A stretch of 64,000 bases of DNA from Macrostomum lignano (GCA_002269645.1 NIVC01000494.1:124001-188000); one strand, 5' to 3'. Shown: positions 26,128 through 40,100, counted from the first letter of the stretch. Notes: a model not told the origin generated them from the letters alone. Numbers and translations are program-made.

Positions 26128-29100
26128 GAAACCAGTGTCTGACATGCGAAACCAGTGTCTGACAGGTGAAACCAGTGTCTGACATGCGAAACCAGTGTCT
26201 AACAGGTGAAACTCAGTGTCTAACAGGTGAAACTCAGTGTCTAACAGGTGAAACTCAGTGTCTGACATGCGAAACCAGTGTCTGACAGGTGAAACCAGTG
26301 TCTGACATGCGAAACCAGTGTCTAACAGGTGAAACTCAGTGTCTAACAGGTGAAACCAGTGTCTAACAGGTGAAACCAGTGTCTAACAGGTGAAACCAGT
26401 GTCTGACAGGTGAAACCAGTGTCTGACATGCGAAACCAGTGTCTGACAGGTGAAACCAGTGTCTGACATGCGAAACCAGTGTCTAACAGGTGAAACTCAG
26501 TGTCTAACAGGTGAAACTCAGTGTCTAACAGGTGAAACCAGTGTCTAACAGGTGAAACCAGTGTCTAACAGGTGAAACCAGTGTCTGACAGGTGAAACCG
26601 GTGTCTAACAGGTGAAACTCAGTGTCTAACAGGTGATACCAGTGTCTGACATGCGAAACCAGTGTCTGACAGGTGATACCAGTGTCTGACATGCGAAACC
26701 AGTGTCTAACAGGTGAAACCAGTGTTTAACAGATGATACCAGTGTCTAACAGGCGAAACCAGTGTCTAACAGGTAAAACCAGTGTCTAACAGGTAAAACC
26801 AGTGTCTAACAGGTGAAACCAGTGTCTAACAGGTGAAACCAGAGTCTAACAGGTGAAACTCAGTGTCTAAAAGGTGATAGCAGTGTCTAACAGATGAAAC
26901 CATTGTCTAACAGGTGAAACCAGTGTCTAACAGATGAAACCATTGTCTAACAGGTGAAACCAGTGTCTAACAGGTGAAACCAGTGTCTAACAGGTGAAAC
27001 CAGAGTCTAACAGGTGAAACTCAGTGTCTAAAAGGTGATAGCAGTGTCTAACAGATGAAACCATTGTCTAACAGGTGAAACCAGTGTCTAACAGATGAAA
27101 CCATTGTCTAACAGGTGAAACCAGTGTCTAACAGATGAAACCATTGTCTAACAGGTGAAACCAGTGTCTAACAGGTGAAACCAGTGTCTAACAGGTGAAA
27201 CCAGAGTCTAACAGGTGAAACTCAGTGTCTAAAAGGTGATAGCAGTGTCTAACAGATGAAACCATTGTCTAACAGGTGAAACCAGTGTCTAACAGATGAA
27301 ACCATTGTCTAACAGGTGAAACCAGTGTCTAACAGGTGATACCAGTGTCTGACAGGTGAAACCAGTGTCTAACAGGTGAAACCAGTGTCTAACAGGTGAA
27401 ACCAGTGTCTAACAGGTGAAACCAGTGTCTAACAGGTGAAACCAGTGTCTAACAGGTAAAACCAGTGTCTAACAGATTAAACCATTGTCTAACAGGTGAA
27501 ACCAGTATCAAACAGGTGAAACTCAGTGTCTAACAGGTGAAACCAGTGTCTGACAGGTGATACCAGTGTCTGACATGCGAAACCAGTGTCTAACAGGTGA
27601 AACTCAGTGTCTAACAGGTGATACCAGTGTCTGACAGGTGAAACCGGTGTCTAACAGGTGAAACTCAGTGTCTAACAGGTGATACCAGTGTCTGACAGGT
27701 GAAACCAGTGTCTAACAGGTGAAACCAGTGTCTAACAGGTGAAACCAGTGTCTAACAGGTGAAACCAGTGTCTAACAGGTGAAACCAGTGTCTGACAGGT
27801 AAAACCAGTGTCTAACAGGTGAAACTCAGTGTCTAACAGGTGAAACCAGTGTCTGACAGGTGAAACTCAGTGTTTGACAGGTGAAACTCAGTGTCTAACA
27901 GGTGATACCAGTGTCTGACAGGTGAAACTCAGTGTCTGACAGGTGAAACTCAGTGTCTAACAGGTGATACCAGTGTCTGACATGCGAAACCAGTGTCTAA
28001 CAGGTGAAACTCAGTGTCTAACAGGTGATACCAGTGTCTGACAGGTGAAACCGGTGTCTAACAGGTGAAACTCAGTGTCTAACAGGTGATACCAGTGTCT
28101 GACAGGTGAAACCAGTGTCTAACAGGTGAAACCAGTGTCTAACAGGTGAAACCAGTGTCTAACAGGTGAAACCAGTGTCTAACAGGTGAAACCAGTGTCT
28201 GACAGGTAAAACCAGTGTCTAACAGGTGAAACTCAGTGTCTAACAGGTGAAACCAGTGTCTGACAGGTGAAACTCAGTGTCTGACAGGTGAAACTCAGTG
28301 TCTAACAGGTGATACCAGTGTCTGACATGCGAAACCAGTGTCTAACAGGTGAAACTCAGTGTCTAACAGGTGATACCAGTGTCTGACAGGTGAAACCGGT
28401 GTCTAACAGGTGAAACTCAGTGTCTAACAGGTGATACCAGTGTCTGACAGGTGAAACCAGTGTCTAACAGGTGAAACCAGTGTCTGACAGGTGAAACCAG
28501 TGTCTGACATGCGAAACCAGTGTCTGACAGGTGAAACCAGTGTCTGACATGCGAAACCAGTGTCTAACAGGTGAAACTCAGTGTCTAACAGGTGAAACTC
28601 AGTGTCTAACAGGTGAAACCAGTGTCTAACAGGTGAAACCGGTGTCTAACAGGTGAAACTCAGTGTCTAACAGGTGATACCAGTGTCTGACAGGTGAAAC
28701 CAGTGTCTAACAGGTGAAACCAGTGTCTAACAGGTGAAACCAGTGTCTAACAGGTGAAACCAGTGTCTATCAGGTGAAACCAGTGTCTAACAGGTAAAAC
28801 CAGTGTCTAACAGATTAAACCATTGTCTAACAGGTGAAACCAGTGTCTGACATGCGAAACCAGTGTCTAACAGGTGAAACTCAGTGTCTAACAGGTGATA
28901 CCAGTGTCTGACAGGTGAAACCGGTGTCTAACAGGTGAAACTCAGTGTCTAACAGGTGATACCAGTGTCTGACAGGTGAAACCAGTGTCTAACAGGTGAA
29001 ACCAGTGTCTGACAGGTGAAACCAGTGTCTGACATGCGAAACCAGTGTCTGACAGGTGAAACCAGTGTCTGACATGCGAAACCAGTGTCTAACAGGTGAA

Positions 29101-29465
29101 ACTCAGTGTCTAACAGGTGAAACTCAGTGTCTAACAGGTGAAACCAGTGTCTAACAGGTGAAACCGGTGTCTAACAGGTGAAACTCAGTGTCTAACAGGT
29201 GATACCAGTGTCTGACAGGTGAAACCAGTGTCTAACAGGTGAAACCAGTGTCTAACAGGTGAAACCAGTGTCTAACAGGTGAAACCAGTGTCTATCAGGT
29301 GAAACCAGTGTCTAACAGGTAAAACCAGTGTCTAACAGATTAAACCATTGTCTAACAGGTGAAACCAGTGTCTGACATGCGAAACCAGTGTCTAACAGGT
29401 GAAACTCAGTGTCTAACAGGTGAAACTCAGTGTCTAACAGGTGAAACTCAGTGTCTGACAGGTGA
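26128..29465. repeat. 20/21-bp satellite (GAAACCAGTGTCTAACAGGT and variants), ~165 copies with block duplications
   Basis: Read directly; a variant order is repeated at a ~525-bp offset (28322 vs 28847, 28766 vs 29291). Confidence 0.97.
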
Positions 29466-30577
29466 CATTATGGCGCCATGTGACTCTTCAAGTAGTATAG
29501 ACTTAATTAGTTGTTGTAAGGTCATTAGATAAATTAAGAAATATATTACAGGCATTGACACCGCCGTTTTAGCTGCTGAATATGCAGTGAACCTTTTAAA
29601 TTTATAAAACTTAAACTGCGCAAGAACATATCTTGCAGATTAACTTCATGCAGAATGAGATTGACACACAGAGCCAACGTTTTACATAGTTCCCATCAGG
29701 GCCTTATAGTTAAAATCCTTTTTAAATCGTTTTTTAAGGCAGACGATTCTAGTCTAGGAACTTGAGAAGCGTATCCGGTTTGGCATAACTTCCTGTATAG
29801 AGCAGCAAGAATCCTTGATCGGGATTTTTGCTAACAATGCACTTTATAACAATGTAACTCCCCAGCTGAAAGATGGTTTTGATCTGTCAAAAGTAGTGCT
29901 TAGTTACACTTTAAAATGAGGATAGAGTAAATAGAAGTCTTACTACAGTGAAGTTTCTAATAAACTTTTAAACGATTTTATTTTATGCAACAAAAATATG
30001 TACATGCTTACCATTGGCAGTCGAATTGTGGGAATAGCAGCACTAATTGAAGCAGTGAACTATAAACATTTTAAACAATCGAAGTAGAAGGATCCATAGC
30101 AATACGAGAACTTTTACTTCCTTGAGGCCACCGGCTCACCTAAGAAAGTCGAATGCGGTATCCTTCTACTTCAGGTGTTCAATATGAGAAACTCCCCAGA
30201 GCTGGAATGCGATATTGATCAATATTGAAGCATTAATAGATAGGCAGTGTGATAGGAAAAGTAATAAACTGATTGAGACTGGGTGAGTATCCCTGCGCGA
30301 CAGGCATTAATTAGTTCATGATTAAAATTAGTCAAACTTGATCTGCTGAACTCGAGAGCTCAAAATTCAATAAGCCAGCCCAGCCAATGCTCATGACTAG
30401 TCTTTATACTAAGTTAGTCAAACTTTCAGATGATAAAGTGAATGTTACTACGAAATAAATCTACAACAGCTTCATCGCGAGCATTAGCAGTTACAAGCTT
30501 CAAACACGGACCATTTATACGTGTGGAAGGTGCAGCCTGAGTCACTTCAGTATCTGGGCATCGTCATTCGTCATCAC

Positions 30578-31924
30578 CTAGTCTTCGTCTTCGCCGTCGT
30601 CGTCGTTCGCTTCGTCCAGTGCAGGCAGTCCGGGATCGCCGAGAGCCCGCCTGAGCCGCTGACGGGCCCGCCGCAGCCAAAAGAAGTAGCAGACCCGGCT
30701 GAAGCAGCGCTGCGCAGGCTGCTGCTGCCCGGAGCCGGCGTCCTGCTCGCCGAACACCGCCTCGCTGGTGATGCGGACCATCTTTGCCGCCAGTCGTTGC
30801 GCCAGCTGCTGCACCTCCGTCTCAGTGGTGGCTCTCGCCAAGTCTTCCCGCGCCACAGCGTCGGCCAGACGGTCGGTTTCGTCACGCAATTGTCCGACAT
30901 CTTGCGGCAGGGCCAGCTCGATGTTCTTGTCAAAGCAGACCAGCACCAGAGTGAGATTGTCGCGGCTGCCAGCCTCCAGGGCGCACTGCAGCAAGTCGCG
31001 AGCGACCGTCTGCACCGAGGAGCGTCGTTTCAGCTGGTGCAGCGCGAACTCGCACACCTCCTCGGTGGTGAACACGTCCCACAGGCCGTCGCTGGCTAAA
31101 GCAGCCAGGCGCTCATGGCCTTTGAAAAAGTACGTGCCGTGGTTGATGGACGGCTCAGCCGTGACCAGATTGTGCAGGTCGTCGCCTTTGAAGTCGTAAT
31201 CGCCGAACGCCCGAGTGACCATCAGGCCGTGGCCGAGCTTGTCGTGCGGCTTGCGCAGGCCCCGGTCGCGGTCCATTTCGTAGCGCAGGCCGTCGAACCT
31301 CTGGCGTTCGGTTCGGATCTCCACGGTGCTGAGCTCTTTATTAAGGATGTGCGTCACAGAGTGATCCACGGTGACGCGGTTGTAGTAGTTGCCGTAGTCT
31401 ATGTACACAACACCGCGACTGTCACCGCAGTTAGCCAGCAGGAGGTGCCTTCGGCAGATGAGCAGCACGACGGCGGTGCTGCCGCACGAGTCGGCCCGGT
31501 TGCGTTGGTAGTCGATCTCGCGTCGGATCTTCCGATCGTAGCCTAAGAAAAGTCGGCGCAGGCAGTCGCGGTAGTCGCAGATTGGACTCTGCTGGGCCAG
31601 CAGGCTGGTCAGCTGCTCGTCTTCGATCAAAAAATCAAGGAAGCTGCACTTCTCCCTGACACAGAAGGACGAAACCCAGTCGCCGCCGTGGCCATCGTAG
31701 ACGGCGAAGAACGACGCCTGGCCGTAGACGGGGTGCCCGGTGCGCACGCTGGCCCGGGCGGTGTACCGGTCCTCCATATGCGGCCTGTAGCCCTGCACAG
31801 TGCAAACTCCATAGCTGAGCCCGTTGCCAGAGCCGCCGGCGCACGAATAGTTCAGCATGGGCTGCACCAGAAGCTCATTCTGCGACTGGCGCCGCGGCCG
31901 GACCAGCTTTGCCGCACCATTCAT
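30578..31924 (-). CDS. PPM1A/B-like: Protein phosphatase 2C (PPM1A/B-like), single-exon CDS, 448 aa
   Basis: Motifs GNGLSYG..QGYRPHMED, FFAVYDGHGG, GSTAV, ANCGDSR, VTRAFGDYDFK, VTAEP, ASDGLWDV, GSRDNLT; metal-binding Asp residues are retained. Confidence 0.93.
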   Translation of the reverse strand: MNGAAKLVRPRRQSQNELLVQPMLNYSCAGGSGNGLSYGVCTVQGYRPHMEDRYTARASVRTGHPVYGQASFFAVYDGHGGDWVSSFCVREKCSFLDFLIEDEQLTSLLAQQSPICDYRDCLRRLFLGYDRKIRREIDYQRNRADSCGSTAVVLLICRRHLLLANCGDSRGVVYIDYGNYYNRVTVDHSVTHILNKELSTVEIRTERQRFDGLRYEMDRDRGLRKPHDKLGHGLMVTRAFGDYDFKGDDLHNLVTAEPSINHGTYFFKGHERLAALASDGLWDVFTTEEVCEFALHQLKRRSSVQTVARDLLQCALEAGSRDNLTLVLVCFDKNIELALPQDVGQLRDETDRLADAVAREDLARATTETEVQQLAQRLAAKMVRITSEAVFGEQDAGSGQQQPAQRCFSRVCYFFWLRRARQRLRRALGDPGLPALDEANDDDGEDED

Positions 31925-32878
31925 GCCAGCCGGTGTTCGTTCGTGCTTGACTAATCTGAGTGCGTCTGCGCCACTGCTGGAAACGCACCGTCCTGTTCTT
32001 TTTTTTGCTAGATTTCAATCCGCTGCTGCTGCTTCCGCCTTCACCGCTTTGACGGAGAATGTTTCTAATGGCTTCTTATAGAATAGGCAGGATTTGCAGT
32101 TCAAGCGTAGGTCTGTACCTGCACCTAGTTCTGCGCCTTTTTTCTTTTCTGCTCAGAGAGGCGAGGAGAACAGGGCTGTACGGTGATGAGGAGGGCTTGA
32201 GGGGCGCGGCGGTGGAGCTAATGCCTTGCACCTGGGAGTGACACAATGATTGTGCGCTCACTCGATGGGGGACGGGCGGGAAGAAGACACGAGGAGATGA
32301 AAAGCAGAATGGATGGCCCCGGCCTGGGTGCTGGGTTGGCGAGCGAGTCTCTCGCGGAGCGGAGCACAGAAAACAGTCTGTCGGCTGAAGCTGGCCTAGG
32401 AAGCTGGGCTAGGGAGACTCAAATATCGCACAATGGGCGACTCGCAATGCCAACCTAGAGAGAGAGGTAAACAAAATTTGACGCAGAGAAAGAAGGCAAT
32501 GAGCGAGCAAGCATCCGACGTATAAGCTGCTTACAATTCTATCGCTCTATTTCTATTCTCGTCTACTCCGCTCTTCCGAGAATATTTCCCGTTTGACGCT
32601 GAAGAGCCGCGGCTGGTTTGAGACGCGGCAGTGTAGAGCAGTGTGGAGGCTCTCTTATCTAGCCCTAATGCAGCGTGCAATCGTCATTCCTTCTCTCTTT
32701 CTCTCAATCTCTCTGGCTGGAAAAAAGTACGCAAATAGCTGTGGCACAATCCGTTTGGATTGCAGGCGAGCGATCTGAGTAGAGTGAGTGGGTAGGGCTC
32801 TAGAGGAGTGCGGCAGGTGAGGCAGGGTGAGCAGAGAGAAGAGGCAGAGGCAGCTCACGCGAAATTGCACTGCGGGAG

Positions 32879-32930
32879 AAGAGAGAGAGAGAGAGAGGGA
32901 GAGAGAGAGAGGGAGAGAGAGAGAGAGAGA
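32879..32930. repeat. (GA)n-rich microsatellite between the divergent PP2C and PDZ genes
   Basis: Read directly. Confidence 0.9.
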
Positions 32931-34159
32931 AATTGTTGGCTGGTGTCTGACAGCGGCCTGCAAAATATAGTTGTGCAGTAAAGTGTCCAGATGTTCTCCC
33001 GCTATCGCTGCTTCCAGTTGCCTCGGGTAGGCTGCCGTAAAATGATGAGTTTAAGTTGAACTTGGCTCTCAGAATCAGTTCAGTATTTTTGCTACAGTTT
33101 AACCCCCCTTCCCGCCCCCTAACTTCATTCGCGACCACACCCACATGCACACAGTTTAAGCAGATGTACGCTCGTAGATGGTGTTAAGATTGACCTTAGA
33201 AAAATGGAAAATGTATTAAAATTAGGCCACGGATGCAGATTGCAGACCCGATCGCATTCGAGTGGTTTTTCATAGCACCGCTGGCAACTCGCTAATGCGT
33301 CTGCCTGGATTTTTCATCCGGTCACCAACTATCTAGGCTATGGATTAGCTCTCTACTATGAGGGATGTGGATAATCATTCTCTTACCTCCTGACACGGAG
33401 GCTGGGCATTCGTGTGGATTCCAAAGACGGGGAGAGTCTTCACCGCCGCAATCACCGAGCGGGGTTGAAGGCGTTCGACTATTCCGCCACCAACAGATGA
33501 AATCGATTTTCAGCGAGGAAGGAAGTGCCTGTTCAGTCCTCTCCACCCGCCTTCAGCGTGCGTCTGAAATTCCTAGACGCTTTTATCCCAGTACTTGGCC
33601 TCTTTCTCTTCCTCTCCGTCCGCTGCTGTTTTGCAAAAAAGCCATCCGCCGGTTGCTGGCCTGCCCCCATCATCAATTCATTCAGAAACTCCTTCCGATT
33701 TGGAACCCCTTCATCCCTTCAAATCCCTATTTGGCGCAAGTTTAGTCTCTCCCCCCTCCAATTCGGAGCTTCTCTTGTTTCTTCCCTTAGCTTTCGCCGA
33801 GAGAGACCAGCGCTTTTAGCCCTCCGCCGCTGTCTCTCCCTTCTTCCACGCTTTGGACGTGAAAATACGCAACGGACAGCCACATGCCGGCCTGTAGCCG
33901 TATCCCCCGCGACTATTGTGACTTTGAAATTTAGTAGATTAGCGTGACACTTTGTGGTGCCCTGTTCGTAAGGTCACTTGTATCAAAGCACGAGTTTTGT
34001 ATTAAAAAAAACGAATTTTAGACTAGCTTCGGAGAAAACGCGAGATCGCAACGATTCAAACAAGCCTACGTTTCAATCCTATTTTCTAGATTTAAGTTTC
34101 TGCTTTCAGGATTAAAGTTTCACCATTTTCTTAAAGTAGACCTCATTTTTCTAGCAGGC

Positions 34160-37100
34160 ATGTCCGCTTATCCAGTGAGGCTGTACCGGAACTCCACCTT
34201 GACTTCGTGGGGCTTTCGCTTGCAAGGTGGCGCGGATCTTCACACGCCGATTATCGTGCAGAGGGTGAGCAGCGAGAATTTCACAGGTTGTGACCATAGA
34301 TACTTTAGGTTATCCGACTAAATAGAGAGCACTTAAATGTTTACATAGTCTGAAATGTAACATTTAGTTCGGCCTCTATCAGTTTGTAGCACGGATTCTA
34401 TATACTCCTAGATGGACTGTAGTGTCTGTGACCCTAACCCCAGGGTAAAGACCATAGACTGTAGCGTCTGTGGCCCTAACCCCGGGGTAAAGACCATAGA
34501 CTGTAGTGTCTGTGACCCTACCCCGTGGTAAAGACCATAGACTGTAGCGTCTGTGGCCCTAACCCCGGGGTAAAGACCATAGACTGTAGCGTCTGTGGCC
34601 CTAACCCCGGGGTAAAGACCATAGACTGTAGTGTCTGTGACCCTACCCCGTGGTAAAGACCATAGACTGTAGCGTCTGTGGCCCTAACCCCGGGGTAAAG
34701 ACCATAGACTGTAGCGTCTGTGGCCCTATCCTATCCCCAGGGTAAAGAACATAGACTGTAGCGTCTGTGGCCCTATCCTATCCCCAGGGTAAAGACCATA
34801 GACTGTAGCGTCTGTGGCCCTATCCTATCCCCAGGGTAAAGACCATAGACTGTAGCGTCTGTGGCCCTAACCCCGGGGTAAAGACCATAGACTGTAGCGT
34901 CTGTGGCCCTAACCCCGGGGTAAAGACCATAGGCTGTAGTGTCTGTGGCCCTAACCTCGGGGGGGGGGATGTTTGGAGACGGCTGCCACAATACAATAGC
35001 GAATGCTGGTGTGACATCTACCTGTAGGTATTATAGAATCTGTGGTTTGCAGAGCCGCGAGTCAGTTAGTTCTGTTAAATCTGGTTAAGTTAAGTTACTG
35101 GTAAGTTAATTCAAGCATGGGAAGTAATACAAAAGAGAAGAAGTTATTTACAGGCTGTTATAAATTAAAAAAAGATCTGAAGCAGGAGTCGGTCAGCAGG
35201 CAGTCTACAAAACGCTGACGCACAGAACCTTGCCAAAGGCAGTGCAACCATGCCGCCTCATGTACAATTATCTCACTCACACACTCTCAGGTCTTCGCTG
35301 GCAGCCCGGCTGAAGGTCAACTACAACGTGGCGACATTCTGACGGGAATTGAGAACTACGACGCCACTTGTATGCTGCACAGCGAGGCCCAGGAGTTGGT
35401 GCGGAACAGTGCCAATGACATTTCGTTGAATGTTAAACGGTGAGTTTTACGCTCGGATTTGTAAAGCTGGAGTTGTAAATCATCGACTATGTGAACATAC
35501 CCGCTAAACCTCTTTGATCAAGCTCTAGAGAGATGCTCCATTAAAATATAATAATTTATCTTTTTCCCAAAAGACATAAAAAACCGCCCCCTTGTCTCTA
35601 ATCCAGAAAGACCTTTTATTCGCTTGCCAAACGTTGCAGACACCGTAGAACAAAACTATGACATCTGATCCGAGAATAATGATGGAACAGGCAGAAATGT
35701 ATATTTATTCAGGTTACACTCGCAGCTGAACTGCTTTTAGTTGCAACTGTTGTACTTGTACATTACAAAAATGGCCCCCAGTAAGATTAATGCAAAACTG
35801 TTGTAGGAAATTCTACACTGAAGAAGACTTCAGATGCCTTCTGTAGGCCTTCTGTAGGAATTGCCATCAATCGTTCTGACCTTTACTGCCTTCGTTATCG
35901 TTTTGTAGAAATCGTGCGGTCAACATCGCATCCCCCTTGCTGCCCTGTGCACTTTCTCTAGTGGACCCAGATTTTACCTGACAATTTATAGGGGCAATGT
36001 ATGATAGAACGATACCATAAATTAATCGTTGCGTCTTCAACAAAGCCATATACATGCTTCACCGTTTACTTTAATAAGATTTTGCTCTACATACTACTGC
36101 CTAGCATTAAATATGCTTTTTGAATAAAATTTCAACATTGAAAGTCTCAATTCTTGCTATCAAATTAGTTTACTCATATCTGTTTAAAGCTGTTTCATCA
36201 TACTGTTGCATATTTCACAGACCTCAAGGCGGCTACGTGCCACGCGGTCAGAGCGTGGGACCGATGGGTCGCCAGCCCAGTTTTGTAGGATCATCCTACC
36301 AACAGAACCAGTTTCATCACCAGCCCCAGCGTGCGTACCAGCAGCAGCCGCTAGTCAGGCAGCGTCGCCAAGATCAGTACAATGTGTACGTTGGCGGTGG
36401 CGGTGGCACAAGCCAGAGGCACAGAAGCGAGAGCGCCGCCCAATATGACGACTGGCAATATAGAAATCAACAACAGCAACAGCAGAGGAATACATTTTAT
36501 GCTGCAGCCAATAGTAACTACTCCGCGAGAGATTCTGTGAGTTCCTCATGGGCCACTTGTCAGTTAATCCCCGGCATTGCCCAGCCAATAGTCTATGGCT
36601 TCTGATTAACTGGTCTGGCTTAGAAATAAGCCACTTCATAAGACCTACACACACATCTACATACACATACTATAACGTGACGAAACAAGAAGCACTCGAT
36701 AGTTAGCAGATTGTTACAAACATCGCAAGAATTGTTACACAAAGCTGTCAACGATACACGGTCCTCATTAGGTAGGTAGGTAGGTAGTAGGTAGTTCAGA
36801 TTGGCTTTGCTCATTTCCTTGTAACTCTTTATCACCACAAGCCGAAGCAGTCTTCGTGGCCTAGTGCCATGCGGTACATGAGCTCATAGCCTAATCGGTC
36901 TTTTTCCTCGTTGTAGTGGGTGCACTTGCCAGACGCTCTTATTTAATGTCTTGATTTGTGATCATCTGGATACGTCACACTCCTTCGTGCTTCTCTTCAT
37001 AGAAGTCGAGCAGCCCGTCGGAAAAAAAATCCGACGGATATCTAGAGGCGTACTACGAGCTATTTTCCATGCCAATTGATTCAATTTGATTCAGTTAAAC

Positions 37101-40100
37101 AGCCGAGTAAACTTTGTCGTTTTGGACACAGACTAGCAACTTTATAGACCTCACGACCATAGACCTCACGGCCATAGAACTCACGGCCATAGACCTTACG
37201 GCCATAGACCTCACGGCCATAGACCTCACGGCCATAGACCTCACGGCCATAGACCTCACGGCCATAGACCTCACGGCCATAGACCTCACGGCCCTAGACA
37301 ACTTTCGGGAGAGTTCCAGGCCTTGCGATGACTAAGATTAACTGTGATAAAACCCAAAAACCTTGTCTATGGCCACGAAGTCGGCTGAGGACTCATTTCT
37401 TGGTCGAGTAACAGTCGAAAGTTTTTGAGGGGCGTGGGTTATTATTATATTATTCTAGGTAGTAGGTACCTAGGTAGTAGGTATTCTAGGTATTAGCCAC
37501 CTATCAAATCATTTGATAGGTATGATTTATGTAACTAATAAGCCTGCATTTACCACTGAAAGTAGTTTGTTAAGCGTTAATAAATAATGCCAGTTAAAAC
37601 AAGCAGTCCTATTCGTAAAAATATGTCTAAGCGTTTTCCTACCCAAGAAAATTTCTAGAAAGAATTTTGGAAGTATCTTTGAAAAGTCTAGAAAATCTCC
37701 TCCACAAATCCCTGGAAAAGATCTGTTGGCGTGCGAAGAAACCAATTAAAAGCATCTTCCCCCCGATCCTTTGCTGCCGACAAACTGGCAGAGTGGCAAG
37801 CAATACGTTGATATTAGATGGTCTAGAAATAGAGGGATAAGAAAATACTGGCATTTTACCCAACACTGAGGGAAGATTCTACCGAAGCTACCCTCAGGCC
37901 AGGTATCCAAACAAACACTTGGCTGACGAAGGTTGCTTGGCTGTGCAACGAATGCAAACCCTAGATATCAAGGATTTTCTTGTAGAATCAGGCAATCAAC
38001 CAAACAATTCTTGAAAGTGAATAAATTATGCATATACTATAAATTCAGTGCCAGTTCATAGTTGTTAAAAACCATTTGTACAGTTGATCAATTCAGGCAC
38101 ACACGCGACGTACTTTTAAACAAGAATTCGTGGCTAAAATTTGGCTAGTCGGCGGCGTTCCAAAGCTCTGCATTGTCTTGAGAAAATTCCCCATCCGTCC
38201 GTGCGGCATCTGCTGCAGCGTCGGCCCCTCGGGCTGTGGAATTCGCCTCCTCCCGCTCTGGCCCACCGGATTGCCAAACCAATGTCTGACATTTTCGCGA
38301 AGCGCGCAGAAGGCCATGCAATGCCAGGGGGGGGGGGCGATGCTTCCATTGGCGATGGGCGTTCCCGTTAAACCCGACCGACGCTGGGAAGGGACTTTGT
38401 CAACGCGCACCGATAGAGGGGCAGAGGGGCAGAGGCCTGCTGTGGTTTATGGAAATTCTCGGCGGGATGAAGCCAGGGAAGCAGACTGGACCGACTGCCA
38501 CTTCATCTCCTTGGGTTCAAACCTATTTTGTGAATGTTCAGCCTCTCTCCCTCTCAGGGGGCATGATCGGGCGAACATCTCGCACTAAAAGGGCAAGTAT
38601 ATTTTGGTAACTAAACAACGCCCTGTTCTAAATTGGCTCTAGCCAATGAATGAAAAGTTAAAGAATTCGCGTTGGTGGGCATCTGTGTCTGGAGGGAATC
38701 GATGCCATTCGCCAACCAAATGATTGCGATTTCCCCTTTCACTCTCTGTGTGTTTCTCTCTGGGGCACTCACGCTCTGCTCTTCTGGGCTCTCCCGCCGA
38801 GGCGACGGGACGCCAAGTTAGCGGAAACGGCATCAGCGGACCGGACTGCGCAAAAATCAGCCAGACAGAAAACAGAATTATAGTAAAATAAAAAGATATA
38901 AAAAATCTTCTACATAAAGAAAGGTGCTGACAAAGTGACCGTGATTTTCAAATGCCGTTGAAGCTCTGAAGCCGGGAGAAACTCTTGACTAAAGCTTCTT
39001 CGCGCTGTCCCGCTGCCAATGCGCTCCTCAGTCGGCAGCGCATTTGTCGACGATGACATCTGCGCGCTGAAGTTAACCGACTTCACGGACACCAAGTCGC
39101 CATTCGAGTTCCACGTCCACACGGTGTCCCCTCTGTTCGACGCGTACACCGCCTCCCCATTATTTGGCACCTGTCCCCGCAATCAAGGGAGAGCCGACGC
39201 TCCACTTACTTGCACCTTCCAGATGCATCATCACCATCACGGGCATCAGGCTCCGCAGAGGCCAAGCCAGCAGCAGCAGTTTCAGCACCAGCAGCAGCAT
39301 CCGGGTCCATCCCAGCAATACCAGCTGGAATCGCAGCGGTCAATGGACGACGAAGACGTTGATTACAGTTTTTCGAAGCAGAGCGTCGCCGAGCGAATGC
39401 GCAGATTTATGCAGCAGGCCAACAGCGGCCATCAACCGGCAAATACCTATCATTCGGGTGAGCTGTTTACGCTTGGGTTTCTTGAAACTTAAAGTAACCA
39501 TGCACCAAAGCCTACATTGTATGCCTTAGTTTCCGATCGAAATGTCAGTTAACCTTCAGTGCTGCTTAAAATTCAGTGAGTGGAAATTGACAAATAGTTT
39601 GGATGTGCATTTCGCAGCTTTGCTAAAGGTGCAGATTCCTTGGGGAATGAACTGCCTGTGTTCCAAAGGCGTATGCCTCAGCTATATCGATCGTTTCCTG
39701 GCAAAACAGGCAGACATAGAGCCGCAGCAATTCATTTTCGACTGTCGTAGAAACTGTGAAGATGTTAGAAAGTGGGGGGGGGGTAGATCGAGAGCCAGTG
39801 AAGCAAAGCATGTTGCATCGCACCAAAGGTTGAAATGTTCTACCTTGCAGGTCCCGGGTGTCTGTTCCATGGCTGTTCCGGCCCTCATGTCGGTTTTTCT
39901 CCACGGATTAAAATTAGTAGTCTGTCCCGTCTTTACATAGTTTTAGAAGTTGTTGGGTGCAAAAACTTTTCGAATAGCAAAGCTCCAACGCCTGCAAGAA
40001 GTGCTGGCAACATTTTGGAATAAACGAATTAACGAAATGCTATGTTGCTATAGGTAGCTTAAAGCTTGGAGATAATACCCAATAGGTAAATTACTCGAGT

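Noticed and set aside
30521-32081. Plus-strand ORFs overlapping the PP2C gene (likewise those over the LINE and TRPC exon 1)
   Set aside because: Antisense shadows of GC3-rich coding sequence with no recognisable motifs.
36860-37045. Perfect hairpin CCGTCGGA-A7-TCCGACGG followed by CTAG (possible Helitron 3' end), with coding-like decay upstream
   Set aside because: CTAG is only 4 nt from the stem, no 5' end was found, and the upstream frames are broken; too weak to call.
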